DNA of 35,865 nucleotides from Spirochaetaceae bacterium (GTDB taxonomy: Bacteria; Spirochaetota; Spirochaetia; B11-G9). The notes under the pieces were generated by a model. The model was given only the letters and a program-made list of their open reading frames with translations, had not been told where the DNA came from and did no database searches. The DNA lies in assembly GCA_030638735.1 (NCBI GenBank), contig DAOWEB010000035.1, forward strand, positions 1 to 35,865. The letters are read 5' to 3'. The position numbers were made by a program, and so were the translations under genes. Below, piece by piece: positions 1 to 9,296 of this stretch (positions within the stretch are counted from its first letter, which is position 1; every line of letters begins with the position of its first letter).

Positions 1-141
1 ATAAACATCTTTGGCCATTGAAAGCCAAATTTCACCAACACGGCGGATTGTTTTTGCAAAGTTTGACATATAAATAAATGCTTGGCCGTCTATTTTTTTC
101 TGGATCATCTCAATAGCTTTACCGGAAATATTGGAAACAAT
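1..141. repeat. Left copy of 141-bp terminal direct repeat (identical to 35725-35865); circular assembly overlap
   Basis: ataaacatctttggcc...ttggaaacaat occurs at both ends. The portal frame is continuous across the join, and 141 is a common maximum assembler k-mer. Confidence 0.97.
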
Positions 142-1434
142 CTTTTCACCTTCCCCAGGGTTCCCGAGAATATCTTTCATATCAATATCAACTAATTGAA
201 GAAGGGCGGCAAGTGCAGGAGGTATTTGCGGAGGTTTGGTATAACCAATGGGTCCTGCGGGTAATTGATTCCCTGCTGCATCTGTTATTGGATGCACAAG
301 CTGGTAAGGATAATCTTTAATATTATCACTCGCCCAGCGCTCCTCAAGTCCTACAACTTGCTCAGGTGTGAATATAGGCTTTTCAACTGTGGACAATGCG
401 GAAATTTCGGCCAGCTTTGAAGTCAACATATTTTTAATACGCTGAACATCTTTAACAAGCCTTACATGTCCCATACATCGCTCAATTGAATCAACATACC
501 AGCGTTTTCCATAGGCTGGTATAATAGGGATATTCTTTCCTGCAATATATCCGCAATCTTCTAATATTTCGTTTCCAGATAGGATATATTTTCTTACTTT
601 GTGCTTTTTGACTTTCTTCTGCCGAATCTCTTTTGATCCAACGGCGGAAAGTTCTTCCATAAGTTCAGGGTTATCATCAAAATCATCTTGAGAATATCGC
701 TCTTCTTCTCCAGTTATTGTTCTAAAAATCCGGATAGTCTCCCGCTTTTCTTCTACCCTGTAATATTCTGCTACATACACGATATCAGGAGTATACCAGT
801 CATATTCTATTTGTGTGATTTCTTTACCAATAGTAGTCGGAGATTTACCGTATTCTTCTTCAAAATCTTCAGGTGAAATGGCATACATAACAAAGCAGTA
901 CTTTGAATCAGCCTTATCTTGTCGTTTTGCACCTATGTCAAAAAATACCGATGAATCAGCATCATAGATCGGTTCAATTCTGATTCTCTGGTTTTCATTA
1001 TCATCGTCTTCCTCATCTTCGTATTTGTTACCTATCCTAAGAGCTCCGAAACCACCACCAACAGCCTCCTCGAAAGCATTATCATAAGCTTCTTCAGCCC
1101 CAGAATCTCGTTCATCCGCTCTGAATAGACCATCACATACATCAGATAGGTCATTGTCATTGGTACCATCTTTGGAGACAAAATCAACCGAAATTCTATT
1201 ATTACGGTATTCGTTTATAATTCTCATTACTGAAAGGTGTATTTTATTAATTTCGTACTTTGGTTTATTCTCAAACTGTTCTGCGAGAGATCCCTCCCAC
1301 TGCGCTCCAGCTATGGAATAAAATCGGCGATCCTCAAGACATTGTTTCCGCTCAGAATATAGAGCGCTCTGGCATTTATCAAAATTGCGCATTGCCTCAG
1401 AATGTATATCCTGATGTTTTTCAGCCTTTGTCAT
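1..1434 (-). CDS. P22-like portal protein, N-terminal part (continues across the junction to 35161; about 665 aa total)
   Basis: Missing from the ORF track. My translation from ATG at 1434 gives MTKAEKHQDIHSEAMRNFDKCQSALYSERKQCLEDRRFYSIAGAQWEG..., a typical P22-like portal N-terminus. It is in frame with 35161..35832 and lies between terL and scaffold. Confidence 0.93.
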   Translation of the reverse strand, partial: MTKAEKHQDIHSEAMRNFDKCQSALYSERKQCLEDRRFYSIAGAQWEGSLAEQFENKPKYEINKIHLSVMRIINEYRNNRISVDFVSKDGTNDNDLSDVCDGLFRADERDSGAEEAYDNAFEEAVGGGFGALRIGNKYEDEEDDDNENQRIRIEPIYDADSSVFFDIGAKRQDKADSKYCFVMYAISPEDFEEEYGKSPTTIGKEITQIEYDWYTPDIVYVAEYYRVEEKRETIRIFRTITGEEERYSQDDFDDNPELMEELSAVGSKEIRQKKVKKHKVRKYILSGNEILEDCGYIAGKNIPIIPAYGKRWYVDSIERCMGHVRLVKDVQRIKNMLTSKLAEISALSTVEKPIFTPEQVVGLEERWASDNIKDYPYQLVHPITDAAGNQLPAGPIGYTKPPQIPPALAALLQLVDIDMKDILGNPGEGEKIVSNISGKAIEMIQKKIDGQAFIYMSNFAKTIRRVGEIWLSMAKDVY

Positions 1435-1633
1435 TTTTCTCACCTTTCAGGGATTTAATAGATTCCCCGAGAATGTAATGAAAGTCTTCTATTTCTGAAA
1501 CACCGAACCTTTTTATCAAAGCAAGAGCAAGGCCAGCCCATGACCAGTTTTCATTTCTGCACAACTTATTAAATCGCTGCTGTGCACCCTCTGAAAAGTT
1601 TAATTTATATTCATCATTCATTTTCTTTGGCAT
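1421..1633 (-). CDS. Small protein (70 aa), possible ribbon-helix-helix DNA-binding protein
   Basis: ATG at 1633 follows AGGTGG. The pattern YKLNF (strand)-SEGAQQRFNKLCRNEN (helix)-WSWAGLALALIKRF (helix) fits RHH. The gene is tightly packed between terL and portal. Confidence 0.55.
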   Translation of the reverse strand: MPKKMNDEYKLNFSEGAQQRFNKLCRNENWSWAGLALALIKRFGVSEIEDFHYILGESIKSLKGEKNDKG

Positions 1634-1634
1634 T

Positions 1635-2927
1635 TTACCACCTATTTTGTGTCGGTACATCTATTATTTTAACCGATTTTTTCTTTCTGTCAAGTCTGGA
1701 TCTCTGAATAGCCAAAGAACATGCATAGCGGATACTATCAATACTATGGTTGTCCTTGTCCGGAAACTTACTTATCACTTCCCCTTGTCGGTTCACTTCA
1801 AGGGCATAATTGACAAATTCCTTTGCGGATAATGGGCATCGTACAGGGTCAATAATTATCTCCTCAAGATCTTGAAGCCATTTTACACCATGATCAACGC
1901 TCCCAGGACCTTTCTCTGCACCTGTGATTTTTAGCCCATGATCTTCTCTTAGTTCATCAATGCTCTTAGGTTCTGCTTTGTCCGCCATAGTTAATTCTGT
2001 TTTTTGTTCTTCTGACAACATTTCTGCAAATTCTCTGTTTTTTATCCCGTGTCCTGAAATCTCATCGAATAGGAAAAGCTGATTCCGCTTAGAATCGTAG
2101 TGCATTTGCTCAAAGCAAAGAGGATCCGCTGCATAACCAAAATCAAGCCCCTGATATATGTTATCAAAATAAGACATATCGTTTTCTGTAATTGTTCTGA
2201 TTGTAACATTGTTAAATATTTCTAATCCTGTCCCGACCTCTTCACCTAAATATTCATGTTTATAAGCCATTTCATTAACATTTTTTAAATGCTCTGCCTC
2301 TGCAACAAAACGCTCCCCCAGCCATTCAAGGGGAACTTCTCTATAATCTGAGTAATGAACAGTCCTACCAACTTTTGACGCTTTGCTTTCCATATTTGCC
2401 CATGATCTGGCAGACTTTGGAGGGTTGTAAGAGTAGAAACTTATCTGTTTTTTTGTCGTACCTCTGAAAAGAGACTGTAATATATTTCTTATTTCTCCCA
2501 TACCAGGGAACTGATCAACCTCTTCAAACCAACAAAATTTCACATATCCGGTTCCGAGATTAATAGATTTTATCTTCTGCGGATTATCAGCACCTTTGAA
2601 TATAATAATTTGACCTGTAGGAATATATGTAATCTTATATGGGGAAACATTAAACCTGAAAAGCCCTGCAACACCAAGTTTATTAGCTGCCCATTTGATC
2701 TGACCAAAGACAGAATCACGTATTTCATTTTCATATCTTCGGAAGATTACAGCGTTTGCTTCAGGATCTTTTATAATTCCGAGAATTATCTCTATAGAAA
2801 TGAAAGAGGACTTTGTTGATCCTCTTCCACCTCTAAGCCAATATTCAATAAAATCCTCTGTTGATATCTCGTTATGTAGATCATAAAAATTGGAAGCGAT
2901 GCAGTCAGATAGCTTAATATCTATCAA
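1635..2927 (-). CDS. terL: Terminase large subunit (PBSX family)
   Basis: Walker A GGRGSTKS, Walker B WFEEVDQF, coupling motif SYNPP, nuclease motifs GLDFGYAADP and DKDNHSIDSIRY. TTG start with AAGGAGG, overlapping the upstream stop. Confidence 0.96.
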   Translation of the reverse strand: MIDIKLSDCIASNFYDLHNEISTEDFIEYWLRGGRGSTKSSFISIEIILGIIKDPEANAVIFRRYENEIRDSVFGQIKWAANKLGVAGLFRFNVSPYKITYIPTGQIIIFKGADNPQKIKSINLGTGYVKFCWFEEVDQFPGMGEIRNILQSLFRGTTKKQISFYSYNPPKSARSWANMESKASKVGRTVHYSDYREVPLEWLGERFVAEAEHLKNVNEMAYKHEYLGEEVGTGLEIFNNVTIRTITENDMSYFDNIYQGLDFGYAADPLCFEQMHYDSKRNQLFLFDEISGHGIKNREFAEMLSEEQKTELTMADKAEPKSIDELREDHGLKITGAEKGPGSVDHGVKWLQDLEEIIIDPVRCPLSAKEFVNYALEVNRQGEVISKFPDKDNHSIDSIRYACSLAIQRSRLDRKKKSVKIIDVPTQNRW

Positions 2928-5212
2928 ACATGCCCTCCTTCACACCATTTCGTGTAATTAGCTTCGAGTGCCATAAGATCAAAGTTAGAACCAGATAGAA
3001 CACTCATATTTATTGAAATTGCAATGAAGTCTGGAGCACCTCCATCTCTTCTTGATAACACTCCTGATACATCTAACAAAAAGGTATAAACCTCAATTTC
3101 TCCTACAACCACGGCTCTTGATTCTGAAACTGACTGTTTTCCTGGTAATAATCCAGGATCTGAAGTATATGCTATATCTCCCTCAGTCACCCAATCATAG
3201 GCTATTGTTATTTCTACAGTTCCCGTCCCTGTTGGCCTCCCTGCAATTATAAATTCTATGGGTGATGATGTATCAAGATCCAATGGTGCAAAGAAATACC
3301 TTCCTATATAACTAGTTGTGGTGATAAATCTATTTTCAATTAAACCAGCTGCAACATTTAGATTGATCCATATAGATTGATTTTGTACCGTTCCCGCAAA
3401 TGCCCTGTCACCTCCAATAGAAAGAGGTAGTTGACCAATAGGACGAGCACTACCAAAATACTCAATCCATCCGTCTGAATTTAATTCAGATCTATTTGTG
3501 TGCAATTTGAATTGTTCAAATATTGGTGCTGTAGTTACTGCAGAATCAATTCTAAGTCTTATCCAATAATAATTAGTACCTAAAGACATTGGATCATTCT
3601 TAACCCATCCATTAGTCGCTAACTGACTATCATATCTAATATGCTGACTTCCGATATTTTCAAAGTATTTGTTGGCATGGGGTAGATATTGTCCACCGGA
3701 TTCTACTTCCATACTTGGAACTTCTGTCCATGCTGCTCCATCCCAATATTCAATTATAATACTCCCTGCCCCTTTCACAGCTGCTGTTAATACACTTACT
3801 TTTATTCCAAAGTGCTCCAAATAGTCAGTCCCATCATTTAAAATACTAGCAAGATATATAGAATTATCTGCTGCTATCCCAGGAAAAGTGAAAGAGGATC
3901 CGCTTGAACTTCTTGCTTCATCACTTACATCTACAAAAGCACCAAGAGTAGTTTCCGTATAAACTATCATTCCATTTGTGTAGGAATCGCCACCACCAAA
4001 GACTGACTCTGTGGGTCTTGTCGGAGTTCCTACATGTAATTCTCCAAAAACATTAAGACCTTCGTCTCCCTCTGTTGTATCTAATAAATATGCAAATATT
4101 TCTGCCCCTGGGATAATAAAAGATTTATTCAATTGTGTGTAACCATTCCCTAGTACAGTTACATTGGGATTAAGAATATTAAAATTGAGATTTACACAAT
4201 TGATTATTGTTGTAGCAAACAGCGACAGGTTAATTCCTGTACCAACATTTTCAATCCGGAAACCATCATTGAAACAATTCTGTATTTTTACAGCATCAAA
4301 CTCTACAATTGTGTCATTTCCATAAACAACTAGCCCATCAGTGCATAACCCTATAAATAATGCTGTGCCTAATGTTTTGGAACCGTCAAAACATTTTATT
4401 GCTGTGTGCATCCCAGGTGTTGCCGCAATCATATTATGAATATTTACAAAAGAATCTGTCCCACTTATACTTATTCCGGTAGTAACTTTAGCTGTCCCCC
4501 TGAAAGTGATTTCATCAAGCGTAGCTGCCCCAGCTACTATATTTATTGCATTTATGGTGATTGTTCCCGCTGGATTATTTATTGCTAAAACTTTAATCTC
4601 AAATAAAGCTGATGCATTGTTTAGAATAAATCCATTTGAACAATCCCTAAGAACACAATCTTGTATAAAAGTACTTCCTAATCCTTCATGCCTGACAATA
4701 TAACTTGTTCCAGTGTTGCCAGAAAATACAATACCTACAAGATGAGAAAAGGTATTTCCTAAAAACATATCTTGTGCAGGATCTTTCGGGGTAAATGTAA
4801 CCGATCTTAGTCCTGTAGATGATATATTACAATATGATTTTAACTGCAAGGCTCCAGCTGTATTGTCTACCTCGTATAATCCAGGCGCTACAGCAATTGT
4901 ATATCTGTTTGTTGATGAATTATCTGTGATAAAAGCAAGAGCCTCTTCAATAGTTGTAAAATCACCACCAGATTTAGCAACAGTGATCAAATTATGTAGC
5001 GGTTTTTTCAGTTCTGCAACTTCACTTGTTAGATCATTTGCCCTTGACTCTATTGCAAAAAGAGCCTGTGAGCTGTCTGTATCATCTTCTGGTATAAGCC
5101 TGTTAATATATTTTATCAATCGCTCAAACTGAACAAGAGTGTCATGGTCATTAATGAAAGAAGATAATTGTTTTCTTGTTAATTTTAATTTATCGTTAAT
5201 TGGAAAAGCCAT
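2924..5212 (-). CDS. Large virion tail/receptor-binding protein with pectinesterase-like lead-in and beta-helix (762 aa)
   Basis: N-terminus KLKLTRKQLSSFINDHDTLVQFERL resembles the tail protein that usually follows gp10 in P22-like podoviruses. ITVAKSGGDFTTIEEAL...IAVAPGLY is a pectin-lyase-fold cap, followed by a G/N/I-rich beta-helix. Confidence 0.7.
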   Translation of the reverse strand: MAFPINDKLKLTRKQLSSFINDHDTLVQFERLIKYINRLIPEDDTDSSQALFAIESRANDLTSEVAELKKPLHNLITVAKSGGDFTTIEEALAFITDNSSTNRYTIAVAPGLYEVDNTAGALQLKSYCNISSTGLRSVTFTPKDPAQDMFLGNTFSHLVGIVFSGNTGTSYIVRHEGLGSTFIQDCVLRDCSNGFILNNASALFEIKVLAINNPAGTITINAINIVAGAATLDEITFRGTAKVTTGISISGTDSFVNIHNMIAATPGMHTAIKCFDGSKTLGTALFIGLCTDGLVVYGNDTIVEFDAVKIQNCFNDGFRIENVGTGINLSLFATTIINCVNLNFNILNPNVTVLGNGYTQLNKSFIIPGAEIFAYLLDTTEGDEGLNVFGELHVGTPTRPTESVFGGGDSYTNGMIVYTETTLGAFVDVSDEARSSSGSSFTFPGIAADNSIYLASILNDGTDYLEHFGIKVSVLTAAVKGAGSIIIEYWDGAAWTEVPSMEVESGGQYLPHANKYFENIGSQHIRYDSQLATNGWVKNDPMSLGTNYYWIRLRIDSAVTTAPIFEQFKLHTNRSELNSDGWIEYFGSARPIGQLPLSIGGDRAFAGTVQNQSIWINLNVAAGLIENRFITTTSYIGRYFFAPLDLDTSSPIEFIIAGRPTGTGTVEITIAYDWVTEGDIAYTSDPGLLPGKQSVSESRAVVVGEIEVYTFLLDVSGVLSRRDGGAPDFIAISINMSVLSGSNFDLMALEANYTKWCEGGHV

Positions 5213-5213
5213 T

Positions 5214-5384
5214 TTACCCCGCCTTGTTATCTGTAGAATAAAACCCGGAACCCTTCAGTTGAAAAAAACAACCGAACACCTGTTTTATATTATTATCACA
5301 TTTCGGACATTTATCAAGGATAATAGCATCTTTTCGATAATGCTCAAATTCTCCGCATTTAGGGCACTTGTATGTCCGTATCAT
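5214..5384 (-). CDS. FmdB-family zinc-ribbon protein (56 aa)
   Basis: My translation: MIRTYKCPKCGEFEHYRKDAIILDKCPKCDNNIKQVFGCFFQLKGSGFYSTDNKAG, with CxxC...CxxC and the KGSGFYxTD signature. ATGA overlap with the terS stop. Confidence 0.85.
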   Translation of the reverse strand: MIRTYKCPKCGEFEHYRKDAIILDKCPKCDNNIKQVFGCFFQLKGSGFYSTDNKAG

Positions 5385-5833
5385 TTCTTTACTTTTATAT
5401 CATCGATAATCGTAACAGAAACATTCCCTGAATGGTCCATTTCGTGCTTATCTCTCCATCTTTCAGGTTGCCTATTTTTCAGCCAGAAAATAGCTGCTAC
5501 GGTATCAGGAGCATAATGTTTTTTGATATTAGTAATGGTTATTTCCCCTTTATAATTGCTAATATGGACATCAGGATGTTTGTATCCTGTGGCTCTTTCA
5601 AATAATCTTCTTTCCACCATACCATCAAGATCCTCTTTGGATGCTTTTATGGACTTAAGAAACTTTGGATATTTCTTTTTCCATGCATTAATAGTAACCT
5701 CTGAAACTCCGAAAAAATCAGCCAAATCTTTATCTATTGCACCAAGTTTACATAATTTACTAGCCTGAATACAAAACTTTTCTTGATATCTTGTAGGTCT
5801 TCCGCCTGCATGTTTCTTTTTTTTCTTTTCCAT
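5381..5833 (-). CDS. terS: Terminase small subunit (probable start at 5833, MEKKKKKHAGGRPTRY)
   Basis: GRPTRY, HTH (DKDLADFFGVSEVTINAWKKKYPKF) and PDTVAAIFWLKNRQPERWRDK motifs are typical of TerS. Confidence 0.92.
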   Translation of the reverse strand: MEKKKKKHAGGRPTRYQEKFCIQASKLCKLGAIDKDLADFFGVSEVTINAWKKKYPKFLKSIKASKEDLDGMVERRLFERATGYKHPDVHISNYKGEITITNIKKHYAPDTVAAIFWLKNRQPERWRDKHEMDHSGNVSVTIIDDIKVKK

Positions 5834-5850
5834 AATTACAAGTATATCAC
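5834..5850 (-). promoter_or_regulatory. Extended -10 promoter (TGnTATACT) 7 nt upstream of the terS ATG; probable leaderless mRNA
   Basis: Minus strand reads gTGaTATACTtgtaattATG, with no Shine-Dalgarno. Confidence 0.5.
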
Positions 5851-5989
5851 TGAAAATTGATTTTGTAAAATAGTAGAAAAACAAGTAATATGCTAAAATG
5901 GGGAAATAAAAGCCAACTTCTTTAGAATCTTTATATTGTGTTGTACATTTGTACACTCATTTTTAATTAAAGCTCAGGAATTAGAGTTT

Positions 5990-6235
5990 TTTTTAACATT
6001 TTAACATATTAAAGGCTAAGTCTTTATATAGTATATAATTAGCGATGCGAAAAGCGATGCGAAAACGGTGGGAAAACGGGAATTTACTATGGCCCGTTTT
6101 CGCATATTTAACCAAATTCATGTACATATTAAACAATCATTACTATAAATATAATATATAAAAATGGCTGATATGTTAAAACCAATACCCTGAAAAATCG
6201 CTTTTAACATGGTTTTCGCATCGCTTTTCGCATGA
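5990..6235. other. Putative replication origin with convergent ATGCGAAAA iterons and a 22-bp inverted repeat
   Basis: atgcgaaaagcgatgcgaaaac (6045-6066) is the exact reverse complement of 6212-6233. An extra copy lies at 6097-6105, TTAACAT repeats occur at 5993, 6001, 6173(-) and 6204, and the centre is AT-rich. It sits at the strand switch upstream of the primase-helicase. Confidence 0.7.
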
Positions 6236-6257
6236 TAAAAATAAATCATTTAAGGGG

Positions 6258-6286
6258 TTGATATCTATGTACATATGTTATATGCT
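6258..6286 (+). promoter_or_regulatory. Sigma70-like promoter for the replication operon
   Basis: TTGATA-17 nt-TATGCT, then an AAGGAG RBS before ATG 6319. Confidence 0.55.
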
Positions 6287-6318
6287 GTTATTACTTACAT
6301 AATAAACAAGGAGTAATC

Positions 6319-6492
6319 ATGTTATCAAGAGTAGTTGTTGAAATTGATTCTGATTTAAAAAAGGAAGCACAAATTAAAGCCCTTCAAAATGATGCAACTT
6401 TAAGAGATATTGTATCAGATGCCCTACGTCTTTATTTAAAAGACGAAGTAGAAGTAAAAACAGAAAACCAGGAAGACATAGAAATCAACTAA
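6319..6492 (+). CDS. Ribbon-helix-helix regulator (ParG/CopG-like, 57 aa)
   Basis: My translation: MLSRVVVEIDSDLKKEAQIKALQNDATLRDIVSDALRLYLKDEVEVKTENQEDIEIN. It has an alternating beta-strand plus two helices and a strong RBS. Confidence 0.8.
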   Translation: MLSRVVVEIDSDLKKEAQIKALQNDATLRDIVSDALRLYLKDEVEVKTENQEDIEIN

Positions 6493-6504
6493 CGGCGGTT
6501 ATAA

Positions 6505-8973
6505 ATGAATGATGTTTTTGAAGCCGCAAGAAATAAAATAGGAGCTGGTTTAATTCATTCCTTCTTTAATTCTGAAGGCTCATATAGTAGGGCAGGTGAA
6601 TATTATATTTTGTCACCTTTAAGAAGTGATCGTAATGTTGGATCTTTTCATATCAATGAAGAGACTGGACAATATTATGATCATCAAACTGGAGAAGGTG
6701 GGGATTTTATAGATCTGGTTTCTAAAGCCAGAGGGGTAAATTCGAAAGAAGCAGCTGAGCATATTTTAAATGAATCAGGCGGTATATTTATAAATCCTGA
6801 TACTTCTAAGAAAAAGCATAAAAATAAGAAAGATTTAATACCTCCGCAAATTCCTATTCCTGATACTGCTGAAATAAAAGAATCTTTAAAGAAACGAGTA
6901 AAAGATCAATGGTGTCTGGATAACTGGGGTAAGGCTACAAGTATAAGCCGATATTATAATAAAGACGGAGGATGGTGTTTTGTTGTATGTCGTTTTGAAA
7001 TGGAACAAAAAGTAAAAGGCAAGAAGCGCAAGAAAAACGACATATTATTTTATTTGGGAACTGATAATAAATGGCAGACAAAATGGCATGATGATTTAAA
7101 GCCTTTTCCTCCTTATGGTATTGAGAAAATCAAAGATAATAATTTACCTGTTTTAATTGTGGAAGGTGAAAAATGCGCAAGAGTAGAAGTCCCTGGATAT
7201 AATGTTATTTCATGGATCGGTGGAACTTCCAATATGGGAAAAACAAATTGGAACCTGTTAAAAGGTCGGGAAATTATAATATGGCCTGATACCGATTCAG
7301 AACTTGATAAAAATAAAGAGTTCTTCCTTCCCAGAGAATTACAATCAGGGATGAAAGCAGCATATTATATTAAATCTCAATTATCGACTTCAAAAATATT
7401 AGATATCTATAAAAATAAACCTCTTGAAGATGATCCCCACGGATGGGATATTGCTGATTTTGTAGAGGAAGGTGGGGACCCTTTAAAGTTTATTGAAGAG
7501 TTTACTCCTTATAATTCTATATCTGTTCAAATTGATCCTTACCAGGTTTACCGGAAATTCATAGAAAATTATTATGATCATGATAGCTTAGAACAATCAT
7601 CCGGAGGATTCTGGAATTATTATGAGGATGAACACTTCTGGAGAAAAACTACTAAAAATGATATTTTATGTAATTTTCAAAGATGGCTTGAAGATACTGG
7701 CCTGCAGTGGGTAATAGCAAAAAAGCAAAAAGCAACAACATTTATAAATGATACAAAACAATATTTAGATCGTCATTCCCTGGGGTATGTTGGAAATAAT
7801 CCTTTTAAAGATTCTGCAATTTCTCCATATATTCATTTTAACAATGGAGCTATTCATATTACTAAGGATAAAATTGAATGGTTCGAACGGATTAAATATG
7901 GTGAAGATTTCTATAAAAAACTGTATCCAGTCCATTGTCTTGATTTTGATTATGACCATACAAATTATAATAATATTGATCCAGAAAAAGACGCACCCGC
8001 ATTTTATTATTTTATAAAGGAATTAATACCTCATAAATATTTTGAGAGATTAAATAAAAAGGATAAAATAAAATCAATAAAAGATACACTTATTTTTATT
8101 AGCCAGATAATAGCTTATTCACTTTCTCCAGTAAAACCAAATGAATACTTTTTCGGTATTTATGGCAAGCAAAGAACTGGTAAAAGTTTTCTTCTTGATA
8201 TAATTAAATCTATTATAGGAAAGGAATTTTGTGTTGAAAAGCCTATTACAGATATGGAAAACCGTTTTGCCTCTTCTGGATTATGGGGTAAAAAGGTATT
8301 TATTGAGCCTGATTTGAAAACCAGAAAGATGTTACCAGAGGCATTTATTAAAGCATATGCAGGAGAACAGACAATTACAGTAGAAGAGAAAAATATGCCT
8401 GCAGTCGATGGGGTTAATATTAGTATGTCAATGTTCTTTGTATCTAATTATGAATTCCATACAAAAGGGCTTGAAGGATTAGCCCGCCGGATGGTTATGG
8501 TTCCATATAAGAATAATATTAAAAAACATGATACCAGATTACTTGATAAAATTTTAGGTAAATATCCCCATGGTGAAGAATCAGAAGAATTACAAGATAA
8601 AACTTTTGACGAACGTCCGGCAATAGTTGCCCTTACTATGAGGGCATGGGAGAAGTTTTGTGATAATGATTTTATTATGCAAATCCCTGAATGGGCTCAG
8701 AAAGAAAAAGATATCTGGTTAATAGAGTCCAACAGCGTTGTTAAATTTATGGAAGAAAGATATTACAACCAGGCTTATACAATGTCTGTAAAAAGAAAGG
8801 AGATTTATGATCAGTATAAAGAATGGTGCGAGGAAGAAGGGCGCAAACCATTAGGAAAAAAGAATTTTTATGAAGATGTCCGCATGGATGAAAGGATTAC
8901 AGAGACCAGAATCTTAGGTGCTGAGAGTTTCAGAATAGAAATAACCGGAAATGAGGATGATATACCATTTTAA
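6505..8973 (+). CDS. Primase-helicase (Cys-less DnaG-type zinc-binding-like domain, TOPRIM, D5/P4-type SF3 helicase, winged helix)
   Basis: SPLRSDRNVGSFHIN...GEGGDFIDLV, TOPRIM VEGEKCA and WPDTD, Walker A GKQRTGKS, and C-terminal wHTH (YDQYKEWCEEEGRKPLGKKNFY). The protein ends EDDIPF. Confidence 0.9.
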   Translation: MNDVFEAARNKIGAGLIHSFFNSEGSYSRAGEYYILSPLRSDRNVGSFHINEETGQYYDHQTGEGGDFIDLVSKARGVNSKEAAEHILNESGGIFINPDTSKKKHKNKKDLIPPQIPIPDTAEIKESLKKRVKDQWCLDNWGKATSISRYYNKDGGWCFVVCRFEMEQKVKGKKRKKNDILFYLGTDNKWQTKWHDDLKPFPPYGIEKIKDNNLPVLIVEGEKCARVEVPGYNVISWIGGTSNMGKTNWNLLKGREIIIWPDTDSELDKNKEFFLPRELQSGMKAAYYIKSQLSTSKILDIYKNKPLEDDPHGWDIADFVEEGGDPLKFIEEFTPYNSISVQIDPYQVYRKFIENYYDHDSLEQSSGGFWNYYEDEHFWRKTTKNDILCNFQRWLEDTGLQWVIAKKQKATTFINDTKQYLDRHSLGYVGNNPFKDSAISPYIHFNNGAIHITKDKIEWFERIKYGEDFYKKLYPVHCLDFDYDHTNYNNIDPEKDAPAFYYFIKELIPHKYFERLNKKDKIKSIKDTLIFISQIIAYSLSPVKPNEYFFGIYGKQRTGKSFLLDIIKSIIGKEFCVEKPITDMENRFASSGLWGKKVFIEPDLKTRKMLPEAFIKAYAGEQTITVEEKNMPAVDGVNISMSMFFVSNYEFHTKGLEGLARRMVMVPYKNNIKKHDTRLLDKILGKYPHGEESEELQDKTFDERPAIVALTMRAWEKFCDNDFIMQIPEWAQKEKDIWLIESNSVVKFMEERYYNQAYTMSVKRKEIYDQYKEWCEEEGRKPLGKKNFYEDVRMDERITETRILGAESFRIEITGNEDDIPF

Positions 8974-8984
8974 AAGGAGGCAAT

Positions 8985-9248
8985 ATGAGCGATAAAATCT
9001 ACATCGGAAAAGGTAAAGTAACAGGCAATTATGGTAATATAAGTATTACCCTTGGGCTTGATGGATTCGGTGAAATCTATAAAAAACATGGATTTGAGAC
9101 TAAACAGAAATCTAAAAAGCTGAAAATTATTATTTCCGAAATGAGACAGGCTGATAATTACGGAAATACACATACTTGCTATGTGGACACATGGAAACCA
9201 GACAGCGCCGGAAACGGTAATCTTGATTCAGGAGGGGAAACATTTTAG
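8985..9248 (+). CDS. Small single-stranded-DNA-binding-like protein
   Basis: KIYIGKGK...ADNYGNTHTCYVDTWKP plus an acidic tail ending in F resembles small phage SSB-like proteins. It has an AAGGAGG RBS and follows the primase. Confidence 0.6.
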   Translation: MSDKIYIGKGKVTGNYGNISITLGLDGFGEIYKKHGFETKQKSKKLKIIISEMRQADNYGNTHTCYVDTWKPDSAGNGNLDSGGETF

Positions 9249-9296
9249 CAATAACCCATGTTATAATGGGATAATAAATATTTAAGGAGCAACATT

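Noticed and set aside
1-141. Terminal repeat as a biological direct terminal repeat
   Set aside because: It falls in the middle of the portal gene and equals a typical assembler k-mer (141). It indicates circularity, not real genome ends.
688-5516. Plus-strand short ORFs opposite the portal, terL, tail and terS genes (likewise those at 27819-35728)
   Set aside because: They are antisense shadows of well-supported minus-strand genes, with no motifs or RBS.
5834-5956. 41-aa N-terminal extension of TerS in the ORF track
   Set aside because: It has a GTG start without an RBS and atypical composition. The ATG at 5833 fits a promoter and the usual TerS N-terminus.
5990-6235. XerC/XerD dif-like site (TTTTCGCAT and ATGTTAAA resemble the two arms)
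   Set aside because: The half-sites never occur in the required 11-6-11 arrangement. They are better explained as iterons.
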